DNA from: Candidatus Nanopusillus acidilobi
GTDB lineage: Archaea > Nanobdellota > Nanobdellia > Nanobdellales > Nanobdellaceae
Direction: 5' to 3'
DNA length: 32,000 bases
Assembly: GCA_001552015.1 (NCBI GenBank)
Contig: CP010514.1
Location: 510,001-542,000 of the forward strand
Below the pieces are notes generated by a model. The model did not search any database. It was not told where the DNA came from and saw only the letters and a list, made by a program, of their open reading frames with translations. Every line of letters starts with the position of its first letter. Positions within the stretch are counted from its first letter, which is position 1. This document shows positions 1-8,808 of this stretch, piece by piece. Position numbers and translations under genes: made by a program.

Positions 1-271
1 ATACATTCCCAAAATTATATTCATCTTTAAAATCATTAAAATTTCTTATAGCAATATATTGTTCTGATAATGTATTTTTATCTTTTTCTCCTGCAAAATA
101 TATTTTTCTTTTTGAAATATGTAATTTCCTTGCAATTATTTTAATTGCATTTATTGTATTTATATTTCTTTTTCTCATTAAAAAATATCTAAATGTTTCC
201 CCCTCTTTCTTTTTATCTAAATCAATTATTTCTTTAACAATAAAATCCTCTGGTTTTTCTTTTATTTTCAT
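1..271 (-). CDS. truD: tRNA pseudouridine synthase TruD/Pus7 family, N-terminal part (gene continues past the window start)
   Basis: Manual minus-strand translation from the ATG at 271..269 gives MKIKEKPEDFIVKEIIDLDKKKEGETFRYFLMRKRNINTINAIKIIARKLHISKRKIYFAGEKDKNTLSEQYIAIRNF... The PEDFxVxE N-terminus and the AGxKDKxxxxxQ motif are TruD hallmarks. It is absent from the supplied ORF track because it is truncated. Confidence 0.7.
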   Translation of the reverse strand, partial: MKIKEKPEDFIVKEIIDLDKKKEGETFRYFLMRKRNINTINAIKIIARKLHISKRKIYFAGEKDKNTLSEQYIAIRNFNDFKDEYNFGNV

Positions 272-1423
272 TTATATTCTAAACTCCCATTCCCACATTT
301 CCTTTGCTAACTTTCCATCATACATAAACTTATCAATATTAATATTCTTTCTTCTTTCTTGTATTTTACTTAGAAATTCCCATATCTTATTAACAGTATA
401 TTCTTTCAATTCTCCTGTTGTTAATTCACCCATAATATATTTCTCCCTTATTTCCTTTAATTTATTATCATCTTCTTCAAATAATACAGATAACCAAAAA
501 TATGAAACATCAATATCAGGATTTCCTCCATATTTTCTATGTTCTTCTAATGTACTTCTTCCACCAGAAAATGCATATTTAAATATTTTATATTTTATTG
601 TATCATAATCATCATCAACAAATATAGCAGATTTTGGATCTGAGGCACTCATTTTTGTATATGGACCTTGTAATCCCCATACAAATTTTGATAAAATTGT
701 AGAAGCTTTATAATATCCAAATTTTTCCGCAATATCTCTTTGTAATCTAAAATATGGATCTTGATCAATTCCACATGGAATCAACGGAATATTTCTTTCA
801 AAGAATGTTGGAACAATTTGCAATGCAATATAAAATGGTAAACCAATTGTTGAACTATCATCAAATCCAAAAACAGATTTTGCAGTATTTAAATTTATTT
901 CTCTTGCAATATAAATTGCAGCTTTATACATGTTTTTTATATATTCTGAATCTATAAATATGAATGTTTTATCAGGATCAAATCCTAAAGCTGCTATTGT
1001 TTTTGCATCTTCTAATGCATATTCTCTTATTTCTTCATAATTATTCGCTTTCTTTTCCCAATATTTTTCTTCATCAGGTATTTGTATATATACATTTACA
1101 TTAAATTTTTCTTGAAACCATTTAGTTAATAAAAATGGAATTAAATGACCAATATGCATCTTACTTTTAGAAGGTGCCCTTCCAGTATATAGAAAAAACC
1201 TTTTTCCCTCAATATATTTATTTAATAATAAATCAAAATCTCTATGCGCATAGAAAAATTTTCTTCTTAATAAAACATGTAAATCACCAGTTAGATATTT
1301 TAAATTATTTAATATAACATCATCAATTTCTTTAACACCAAAGAATTTTATTAATCTTTCATAATCTTTTTCTTCCTTTATATTTACATCATATATATTT
1401 ATAATATCTTTATATTCATTCAT
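272..1423 (-). CDS. trpS: tryptophanyl-tRNA synthetase (archaeal/eukaryotic type)
   Basis: 383 aa. It has the HIGH motif (KMHIGHLIPF), a KMSAS loop (YTKMSASDPKSAI), and the TrpRS-typical LYTGRAPS and IPDEEKY segments. Confidence 0.93.
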   Translation of the reverse strand: MNEYKDIINIYDVNIKEEKDYERLIKFFGVKEIDDVILNNLKYLTGDLHVLLRRKFFYAHRDFDLLLNKYIEGKRFFLYTGRAPSKSKMHIGHLIPFLLTKWFQEKFNVNVYIQIPDEEKYWEKKANNYEEIREYALEDAKTIAALGFDPDKTFIFIDSEYIKNMYKAAIYIAREINLNTAKSVFGFDDSSTIGLPFYIALQIVPTFFERNIPLIPCGIDQDPYFRLQRDIAEKFGYYKASTILSKFVWGLQGPYTKMSASDPKSAIFVDDDYDTIKYKIFKYAFSGGRSTLEEHRKYGGNPDIDVSYFWLSVLFEEDDNKLKEIREKYIMGELTTGELKEYTVNKIWEFLSKIQERRKNINIDKFMYDGKLAKEMWEWEFRI

Positions 1424-1455
1424 TTATCAAATATCAAAATTAATTATATAAATAT

Positions 1456-1539
1456 GCCGCGGTGCCCGAGCGGACCAAGGGGTATGGCTCGAGACCATAT
1501 CCCCGAAAGGGGGCGTGGGTTCAAATCCCACCCGCGGCG
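1456..1539 (+). tRNA. tRNA-Ser (anticodon CGA), class II with long variable arm, no encoded CCA
   Basis: Hand-folded. Acceptor GCCGCGG/CCGCGGC; anticodon stem TATGG/CCATA with loop CTCGAGA; variable arm CCCC-GAAA-GGGG; T arm GTGGG-TTCAAAT-CCCAC; discriminator G. It is a G+C-rich island in AT-rich DNA. Confidence 0.9.
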
Positions 1540-1569
1540 CTTATAAAAATTTAAATTGAAAAATATAAA

Positions 1570-2169
1570 ATGGATGAAAATTTATCAGAATTCTTAAATA
1601 ACCTAAATATTTATTCAAAAATTGCATATATATCTAGTATTTTTGGTTTTTCATCATATTTATTATTTATAATTCTCTCTATTTTTTCCACATATAATAG
1701 TACTATGAGTCCATTTACATTAATATTTAGTCCATTTCTATCCTTATCAATATTATATATTTCTCTTAATTTAATTTCTCTAGGAACAATTTTAATTATA
1801 TTAATTATTATTTCAATTATTTCATACTTTATATCTATAGAATACTTAAAGAATATATTTAGGACAATTGAAAAAATAATAAATAAAGAATATTATCCAA
1901 ATAATTTGTTTTCAATAATATATATTGGAATACTTATATCTATTTTTATTACATATCCTGGATTAATAATTATTGGAATATCAAATTATTTAATATTAAA
2001 GAAATTATATAATATTGTTATTTATTTAAGAAACCAAAATATAAATAAATATTTTAAAATATCTATAATAGGATCAATATTTCCATTATTATTAATATTA
2101 TCATTTATTGGGTTTTATTATATTAATAAAGAATTAAGTAAATATAATTTATATAGTAATTCTTTTTAA
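1570..2169 (+). CDS. hypothetical multi-pass membrane protein
   Basis: 199-aa ORF with several long Ile/Leu/Phe-rich hydrophobic segments. I recognise no family. Its 3' end overlaps the convergent 2149..2688 gene by 21 nt. Confidence 0.5.
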   Translation: MDENLSEFLNNLNIYSKIAYISSIFGFSSYLLFIILSIFSTYNSTMSPFTLIFSPFLSLSILYISLNLISLGTILIILIIISIISYFISIEYLKNIFRTIEKIINKEYYPNNLFSIIYIGILISIFITYPGLIIIGISNYLILKKLYNIVIYLRNQNINKYFKISIIGSIFPLLLILSFIGFYYINKELSKYNLYSNSF

Positions 2170-2688
2170 TTCTTCTTCTATATCTTTTAATTTTTCTCCT
2201 AAATTATATATAGAATCTCTTCCCTTTACAGTTATTAAATTTCTATCTACTACATAATCTGCATTTGTTACTAATTTTACCCCATAATCTGAAAAATATT
2301 TTAAATATTGTGGATATTCATCATAATTATATGTTATTGTTCTTCCAGCCAATAAACCAGACTTTAAAAAAGCTATTTGGGATAAAGAGGATAATATAAC
2401 TGTCCTATATGAATCTATAAACCTTGTAAATATCGCTTGAGATTCTACATCCAAAAATTCTTTATATCCCTCATCAGAAATATATATTAACCTATCAAAA
2501 TGATTTTCTTTCATTAAAAATATTTCATGTACATCAAAATCTGGTAATACTTTACTTTTATATTTTCCTATTCCAATTTTTCTATTTTTTATAGCAATAT
2601 ATGTTCTGCCATCCAATATATCTAAGAAGTTAAAAAGGTCATCTTCATCAAATCCCTTACTTGGTAATATTATTAAATTCATTTTCAT
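2149..2688 (-). CDS. DJ-1/PfpI (class I glutamine amidotransferase-like) family protein, apparently lacking the nucleophile Cys
   Basis: 179 aa. The layout MNLIILPSKGFDEDDL ... VILSSLSQIAFLKSGLLAGRTITY ... VVDRNLITVKG matches the DJ-1/PfpI fold pattern (xxICxGpxxLaxAGlLxGrxxT ... vvDgnliTsrG). Ser sits where the Cys normally is. Confidence 0.55.
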   Translation of the reverse strand: MKMNLIILPSKGFDEDDLFNFLDILDGRTYIAIKNRKIGIGKYKSKVLPDFDVHEIFLMKENHFDRLIYISDEGYKEFLDVESQAIFTRFIDSYRTVILSSLSQIAFLKSGLLAGRTITYNYDEYPQYLKYFSDYGVKLVTNADYVVDRNLITVKGRDSIYNLGEKLKDIEEELKRITI

Positions 2689-2750
2689 TAAATATAAGTA
2701 TCTTCTAACATATTAAAATTTTTATTTTTCAAAATATTTTAAATGGATAT

Positions 2751-4439
2751 ATGCAAAACATAAGAATTGATGATTTAAGAAATGAAAATATTGAAGATAA
2801 TAAACATAAATTATTAGAAATAAAACTTATATTAGATAATCCAAATATAAAGATAGAACAAATATATTTTTGGCTAGTAGATTTTATTAGAGATAGTTTA
2901 AAAATGAATATTAATAAATTATCAGATGATTTCACATCATCTGTTGCATCTTCATTTTTTGGAGAAATGGGACAAAGATTAACAAATATACTAAATAATG
3001 CAAGATCATTGGCAGAATTAATTAATACATTGACAAGAACAATTATTTCTATTTTAAATGAATATAAACAACTATATTCAATATATGTTTTATATGAAAA
3101 TTTATTATCAAAAAAGTCTGAAGAAGCACTTGCAAGTTATTTAGCATTAAAAGATAGATGGTTATCAAATGTTGATTCTACAAGAGGTGCAGGTTCTTTA
3201 AGAAATTTACAGGCATCAAGATTCCCAAGTATTGTAGATTTATTTCTTCTAGCAGATCTAAAATCTGAACTAGAAAAATTTAAGAATAAAAAATTAATAG
3301 GAGAAGAATTATTTAATTCATTATTTAATAATCAAGAAAATACTGTTCCAAGAGATTTAAATGAATTACTTAATAATGGAATAATAAATAGAAGAATATA
3401 TAATTTATTAAATAGTAGGTTAATAGAATTTTATAGCTGGCTTGAAAATAATAAAAAAGTTTTATATGATAGAATTAATTTATTAAAATCTTATTTAAAA
3501 CATGAATTAAGTTCATTATTATATTATGTTGAATTTGCAAAACCGTATTTTAAATTTGCAAGAAAATTATTACAAAATCCGGATCAACCTGTAGATGTTG
3601 TAAATGCATTTGAAACAGCAATTATAAATATATCATTAATAGCAAATCAAAATGAAATAAAATTAAAAAGATATGATGAAAAAGAGGGAAAAGAAATAGA
3701 AAAATCTTACATACCATTATATGAAATTGATATGACAGCAAGGGCAATACCTACTATTGTTGGAACTGGAAGATTTGATACCTATACAAGAATGTATTCA
3801 TTCCTAGGAAGGATAGATATAATACTCAGAGCTTATTTAGTTGAAAAAGAAGAATATGATTCAATAATAATAAATCAAGAAAGTGAGGATTTAGCATATA
3901 TAACTGGATTAACAGATGATTATATAAAAAGTATGTCTGATTTAATTTTGGAGATGTTTCTATATGATATAATAAAAAATGATGAGAATTTATTAAAAAT
4001 AGTTGCTGAAAAATCCAATGCAAAACCTGAAGAAATAAAAAATGATCCTTATAAAATAATATGGACAAAAGAACTTGTAGAAGAATTGGAAAAGGATGAG
4101 AGAATAAAGAGAGCATTATCAAGTATTACTTGGATAAAAAAATATTTAGAAAGTGAAAAAAAGGAAGAAAAAGAAGAAAAAAAGGAAGAAAATAAAGAGG
4201 AAAAGAAAGAATCAGGTATTTCATTAATATTTCCAACCTTAGGAAATATTGTAATATGGTTACTTAAATTTATATCAACTTTTGGTAAAGATATTAGCAA
4301 TATTGAAAAAAATGTAAAAAAGAAAGTTATTGAAGAAGAAACAAAACCAATAATCGAAGATACAAAAGAAAAAACAATAGATACTGCATGGAAAATATAT
4401 ATGATATTTAAAAAGACCTTCAATATGTTAAACTATTAA
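2751..4439 (+). CDS. hypothetical protein: long helical/coiled-coil N-terminal region, Lys/Glu-rich segment and C-terminal hydrophobic segment
   Basis: 562-aa ORF with no recognisable catalytic motif. The run EKKEEKEEKKEENKEEKKE is followed by the hydrophobic stretch GISLIFPTLGNIVIWLLKFISTF. The next gene follows after 24 nt on the same strand. Confidence 0.6.
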   Translation: MQNIRIDDLRNENIEDNKHKLLEIKLILDNPNIKIEQIYFWLVDFIRDSLKMNINKLSDDFTSSVASSFFGEMGQRLTNILNNARSLAELINTLTRTIISILNEYKQLYSIYVLYENLLSKKSEEALASYLALKDRWLSNVDSTRGAGSLRNLQASRFPSIVDLFLLADLKSELEKFKNKKLIGEELFNSLFNNQENTVPRDLNELLNNGIINRRIYNLLNSRLIEFYSWLENNKKVLYDRINLLKSYLKHELSSLLYYVEFAKPYFKFARKLLQNPDQPVDVVNAFETAIINISLIANQNEIKLKRYDEKEGKEIEKSYIPLYEIDMTARAIPTIVGTGRFDTYTRMYSFLGRIDIILRAYLVEKEEYDSIIINQESEDLAYITGLTDDYIKSMSDLILEMFLYDIIKNDENLLKIVAEKSNAKPEEIKNDPYKIIWTKELVEELEKDERIKRALSSITWIKKYLESEKKEEKEEKKEENKEEKKESGISLIFPTLGNIVIWLLKFISTFGKDISNIEKNVKKKVIEEETKPIIEDTKEKTIDTAWKIYMIFKKTFNMLNY

Positions 4440-4463
4440 ATTCGGAGAGACCATTATATATAA

Positions 4464-6536
4464 ATGAATGAAGAAGATAAAAAACATCTTAATGAAAATG
4501 AAGAAAAAAAATATCCAAAGGAATTATATAATAGAAGGATATCTACTAGTACAAGTCCTCAAAACGTAAATCAATTACAAGAATATTTATCGAAGATATC
4601 TTCAGGATATCCTGGAGTAGAAATACAAACATTTTCTTTTTCCAGGCAATGGTCAAATATACCAAGACAAATATTTGAAGAAATTGCAAGAAATGCAAAA
4701 ATAAATAATGTAGAAGTTACAATTCATGCTCCTGAACAGGATTTCCAATTACCCGCAACGGATGAAAGAGGAAATATAAGAGAGGATAATATAAAACAGA
4801 TGGCTTATAAAACATCAGCAATATTGGAAAGCGCAGAAATAATGTCAAAAATTTATGGAGAACCAATTAAAGTAAATATGCATGCTGGAGATCTTACATT
4901 AACAGAATGGGATAAAGATTTTGAAAAGAGATTAAAAGATGAATTATTAAATAATTATGAATTTAGAAGATCTTTTGCAGAAAAATTATATAGATTAGGA
5001 TATATAACATCAGAACAATATAATATATTAACTAGTAAAAATATTGATATAGAAACATTAGAAAAAAATGTACCATCATGGGCTTTTGCAAAACAAGAAG
5101 CTGCATATATTAGTTTAGGTGGAAACTATGAATATTTAGGATTTGTTATGCCTGGAAGATATTTAACTGGTGCCGTAGAAAGGGCAATAAAACTTTCTGC
5201 TGTTGATGAAATTTATAAAGAAAATGAAAAAATCTGGATGAATATATTTAATGATATTGATAAAGATTTTAATTCAATAAAGAAATATTTATTAGATAAT
5301 AATCAATTAATAAGTTATTTTGGATATAGTACTGTAGATCAGAAAAAAATAGGAGAATTTTTATATAATCTAAATAGATATAAATCTTTTTTAGAAAAAG
5401 TAAAAGAATATATTGATGCAATAGAGAATAATATAAATGATATTGCAGATCCAAAGTTAAGAGATGCTGCAGAAAAAAAGATATTCTTCTATAAGCAACG
5501 TTTTGAAGAAAATTTGAAGAAAATAGAAAATTATGAAAATGAAATATCAAAATTTGCTAAGGAAATTATACAAAATAATAGTAGTTCAGCATATAAAGAT
5601 TATCTTATAAATAAAATGTTTGATTTTGTAAATGATATAAATTCATCTATAACAAACACAGATTACTTATTATCTCAACTAAAAACTACAGTATTTTCAG
5701 AATTTCCAATTCCAATTGTAAAACCATATCAAGAAGTTGCAATAAAAACAGCTCCAGAAGTAATAGCCGAGGGAGTTAGAATGCTAATTGAAAGGGAAAT
5801 AAGTAGAAATCCAAAAGAATGGTATAAAGATTTTGATAAGTATTTAAGTTATATAAATATTGAAGAATCGTATCCTGGAGCACCTGCTACAAGACCAGAT
5901 ATATGGAAAAAATTATTAAATAATATAAGAGAAGAAGTAAAAAAGGTAATAGAAGGTTATCCAAAATTGAAAGAAGAAATTGAGAAAAAATATGGTAGTT
6001 TAGATAATTTTGTCAAAGAAAGAATAGGAGCTACATTGGATGTAGGACATGTAAAAATGTTTGAAAAATATGGATATAAAAAGGATGATATATTAAAATG
6101 GGTTGAAGAAATTAAACCAGAAATTAGGCATTTGCATGTTCATGAAACACAAGCTGGAGAAGACACTCATTTACCATTGGGAATGGGATGGGATGATATA
6201 ATTGCATCAGAATTAGAGAAACTTAGAGATATATTAGAAAATAAAAAAGTAACAATTGTACATGAACCTGGTGGATATTATGCTAATCAATTTCATAAAA
6301 TGTATGGAAGTGAATATTCTAATTTATTAGCAGGTGCTGGGCCTTATGATATATATGGAAATATTCCATATCAATTTACTACATCATTACCATATGGAGG
6401 AACACAAGTTATTCCAGAATATATTCAATATACAAGATATTCTCCATATTCTGTTTCAATATTCTCACAGTTACCAACGGATCTTGGAGGAACTAGTAAA
6501 AGGCAAGAAACTTTTTCTGGAGAAAAAGCTGATTAA
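4464..6536 (+). CDS. xylose isomerase-like / endonuclease IV-like TIM-barrel protein with a large internal helical insertion and a Tyr-rich tail
   Basis: 690 aa. It contains motifs in the order expected for the AP_endonuc_2 fold: VTIHAPEQ, VNMHAG, NIEESYPG, TLDVGHV, HLHVHET, EDTHLPLGMG and VTIVHEPGG. About 320 aa of helical sequence lies between the MHAG and NIEES strands. Confidence 0.6.
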   Translation: MNEEDKKHLNENEEKKYPKELYNRRISTSTSPQNVNQLQEYLSKISSGYPGVEIQTFSFSRQWSNIPRQIFEEIARNAKINNVEVTIHAPEQDFQLPATDERGNIREDNIKQMAYKTSAILESAEIMSKIYGEPIKVNMHAGDLTLTEWDKDFEKRLKDELLNNYEFRRSFAEKLYRLGYITSEQYNILTSKNIDIETLEKNVPSWAFAKQEAAYISLGGNYEYLGFVMPGRYLTGAVERAIKLSAVDEIYKENEKIWMNIFNDIDKDFNSIKKYLLDNNQLISYFGYSTVDQKKIGEFLYNLNRYKSFLEKVKEYIDAIENNINDIADPKLRDAAEKKIFFYKQRFEENLKKIENYENEISKFAKEIIQNNSSSAYKDYLINKMFDFVNDINSSITNTDYLLSQLKTTVFSEFPIPIVKPYQEVAIKTAPEVIAEGVRMLIEREISRNPKEWYKDFDKYLSYINIEESYPGAPATRPDIWKKLLNNIREEVKKVIEGYPKLKEEIEKKYGSLDNFVKERIGATLDVGHVKMFEKYGYKKDDILKWVEEIKPEIRHLHVHETQAGEDTHLPLGMGWDDIIASELEKLRDILENKKVTIVHEPGGYYANQFHKMYGSEYSNLLAGAGPYDIYGNIPYQFTTSLPYGGTQVIPEYIQYTRYSPYSVSIFSQLPTDLGGTSKRQETFSGEKAD

Positions 6537-6568
6537 TAATTTAAAAATATTTTTAATTAGTTTTATTT

Positions 6569-7924
6569 ATGAGTATAATAGATAAAATAATCTCATATTT
6601 ACCAACTGTTGAGGAACCAAAAAAATTATTATCTTTAAGAGAAAGAGTATATAATACATTATTAGTAATTGCATTATATACTGTTTTAGCATCAATACCT
6701 TTATTTGGAATATCTCCAGAAGTTTCTGCAAGACTTGAACAATTTTTATGGTTATTTGGATCAAATTTAGGAACTTTAGCAAGTGTAGGAATTGCTCCAG
6801 TAGTTGTTGCTGGAATTTTTATGCAATTATTAGTTGGCCTTGGAATAATAAATATTAATATAAATAATGATGAAGGAAAAACAAAATTTGATAATTATAC
6901 AAGATTCATTGCATTAATATTTATTATATTAGAAAGTATAATTTTAATTGCAAGTGGAAATATAGCACCAAATATATTTTTGGGAATAAATCCAATAATT
7001 TTATACATTATTTTATTTTTACAATTATTTATTGGAGGATTTATTATATTATTATTAGATGATTTCTCATTTAAATATGGAATTACATCTGGAATAAATA
7101 TTATTATTTTAACTGTAATAAGTATTGCATTAGCTTTAAGATTATTTAACCCCCTTTCTCCTCCATCTAGCTCACCAAGTTTATTTGCACAACCAACAGG
7201 ATATATACCAGAAGGTATTTTATATTTATCACAAGGAAATATTAATTTAGGTCTTGCATTTTTATTTGCTGCAATAATTACTATTGGAATATTAATATTC
7301 GCAGTATACTTACAATCACTAAAAATAGAAGTCCCATTATTATATTTAAATATTAATGGAGAAATAATCAAATATCCAATACAATTATTATATACTTCTG
7401 TAATTCCTGCAATATTTATTTATGCATTAATAATTGAATTACAATCTTTATTTGGATTCAATCCTAATAATCCAATTGTACAATTATTATCTCCACCAAA
7501 TATAATAATAAACATTGGACAGTTTGGAATTAGTTATTTATACCTTCCATTCAATATATTTCATATAATATTTTATTTCTTATTATTTACAATTGGCGGA
7601 ATGTTTATATCTAAATTCTGGATATATGCTACTGGTTTAGATCCAAAAAATTTGGCAAATTATTTAACAAGCAATCCAAATTCTCCAGTATATACAAGAG
7701 ATCCAAGAATTGTAGAGGATATGTTAAAGAAATATATAGACCCTATAGGATATTTATCTGGATTTTTAATGGGATTACTAGCATCCTTGGGTGATATACT
7801 AAGTTCTGCAGTATCTGGAGTAAGCATATTATTATTAATAGTAATAGCTGGACAAATATATAATGACTTGAAGAGGGCAGATGCGTTATATTTAATACCA
7901 TTAATTGGAAAATATCTAAAATGA
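6569..7924 (+). CDS. secY: preprotein translocase subunit SecY
   Basis: 451 aa and about 10 TM segments. The archaeal SecY N-terminus is present (LPTVEEPKKLLSLRERVYNTLLVIALYTVLASIPLFGI). Confidence 0.93.
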   Translation: MSIIDKIISYLPTVEEPKKLLSLRERVYNTLLVIALYTVLASIPLFGISPEVSARLEQFLWLFGSNLGTLASVGIAPVVVAGIFMQLLVGLGIINININNDEGKTKFDNYTRFIALIFIILESIILIASGNIAPNIFLGINPIILYIILFLQLFIGGFIILLLDDFSFKYGITSGINIIILTVISIALALRLFNPLSPPSSSPSLFAQPTGYIPEGILYLSQGNINLGLAFLFAAIITIGILIFAVYLQSLKIEVPLLYLNINGEIIKYPIQLLYTSVIPAIFIYALIIELQSLFGFNPNNPIVQLLSPPNIIINIGQFGISYLYLPFNIFHIIFYFLLFTIGGMFISKFWIYATGLDPKNLANYLTSNPNSPVYTRDPRIVEDMLKKYIDPIGYLSGFLMGLLASLGDILSSAVSGVSILLLIVIAGQIYNDLKRADALYLIPLIGKYLK

Positions 7925-8544
7925 TAGATTTATTGTTCTTCTATGTATTATTTTTGGTTATATTAGTAACTATAGTAATAAAAATAATTGAAAGACTAAC
8001 TGGAATAAAAGAACATCAGAAAAAATTACAAGAAATACAGAAAAAATACATTGAAAGTTTTAAATCTGGAAAAATAGAGGAATTAAATAATATTATGGAA
8101 GAACTTACAAAAGTATATTCAAAAGTAATGAAACATACAATGATTGTTACTATAATTGGGATAATTATATTAATTTTTGTTATTTTCGGCTTTCAATCAG
8201 GGTTCTATGTTACAAATATAAATAATACAACAAGTGTACTAATAACAAATCCAATATTATATAACCAAGATTTTGCTATATATTATAATAAGAGTTTTCT
8301 AGGATTTTATCATGCAAATTACAATATAATAAGTTTAAATGGAACATACGAAGCAAAATTATTATCTATAAATTCTATAACAAACACATTACCATTTAAT
8401 TTGCCAATAATAAATATAAATTGGTTAAATCCTTTAATTCTATATATAATATTATATATTTTGGTACAGATTTTCTTATTAATATTTAATATCATTTACT
8501 CAAGATTTATAAAAAAATCTAAAATAGATAATAAAAATGGCTAA
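7921..8544 (+). CDS. DUF106 / archaeal YidC-Oxa1-EMC3-like membrane insertase candidate
   Basis: 207 aa with the order TM1, then a charged coiled-coil (KEHQKKLQEIQKKYIESFKSGKIEELNNIMEEL), then TM2, a loop and TM3 (LPFNLPIININWLNPLILYIILYILV). It occupies the conserved position downstream of secY. Its start overlaps the secY stop (ATGA). Confidence 0.6.
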   Translation: MIDLLFFYVLFLVILVTIVIKIIERLTGIKEHQKKLQEIQKKYIESFKSGKIEELNNIMEELTKVYSKVMKHTMIVTIIGIIILIFVIFGFQSGFYVTNINNTTSVLITNPILYNQDFAIYYNKSFLGFYHANYNIISLNGTYEAKLLSINSITNTLPFNLPIININWLNPLILYIILYILVQIFLLIFNIIYSRFIKKSKIDNKNG

Positions 8545-8806
8545 GACATATTTAATTAGAAAAACACCCTCTGGTAGAATATCCATAATTGTAAAATTAA
8601 GAAAAGGAAATGTACCAAGATGCGCAATATGCGGAAGAAAATTGCAAGGATTACCTGCATTGCATCCTTCAAAATATAGAAGATTAAATTTATCACAAAA
8701 AAGGGTTAGCAGAAAGTATGGAGGATATTTATGCCATAAATGCTTAGAAAATTTATTAAAGGAAAAGGTAAGGGAAAAAATAAAAATATTAAATTCTAAT
8801 CAATAA
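8537..8806 (+). CDS. rpl34e: 50S ribosomal protein L34e (eL34)
   Basis: 89 aa. Zinc-ribbon pattern CAICGRKL...YGGYLCHKC plus the basic N-terminus typical of eL34. It overlaps the upstream gene by 8 nt. Confidence 0.9.
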   Translation: MAKTYLIRKTPSGRISIIVKLRKGNVPRCAICGRKLQGLPALHPSKYRRLNLSQKRVSRKYGGYLCHKCLENLLKEKVREKIKILNSNQ

Positions 8807-8808
8807 AA

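Noticed and set aside
6895-7371. 158-aa ORF antisense to secY. Similar antisense or out-of-frame ORFs occur at 754..957, 2729..2935, 3826..4122, 4049..4423, 5269..5550, 6334..6585, 6567..6782, 8796..9155, 8957..9199, 10644..10961, 12511..12774, 14502..14699, 14922..15125, 16274..16603, 16482..16664, 26049..26234, 26738..27064, 28058..28276, 30094..30309 and 31521..31922.
   Set aside because: Each lies wholly inside a longer ORF with clear family motifs on the other strand or frame. Their products are low-complexity Ile/Leu/Phe/Asn strings, as expected from stop-poor frames in ~25% G+C DNA.
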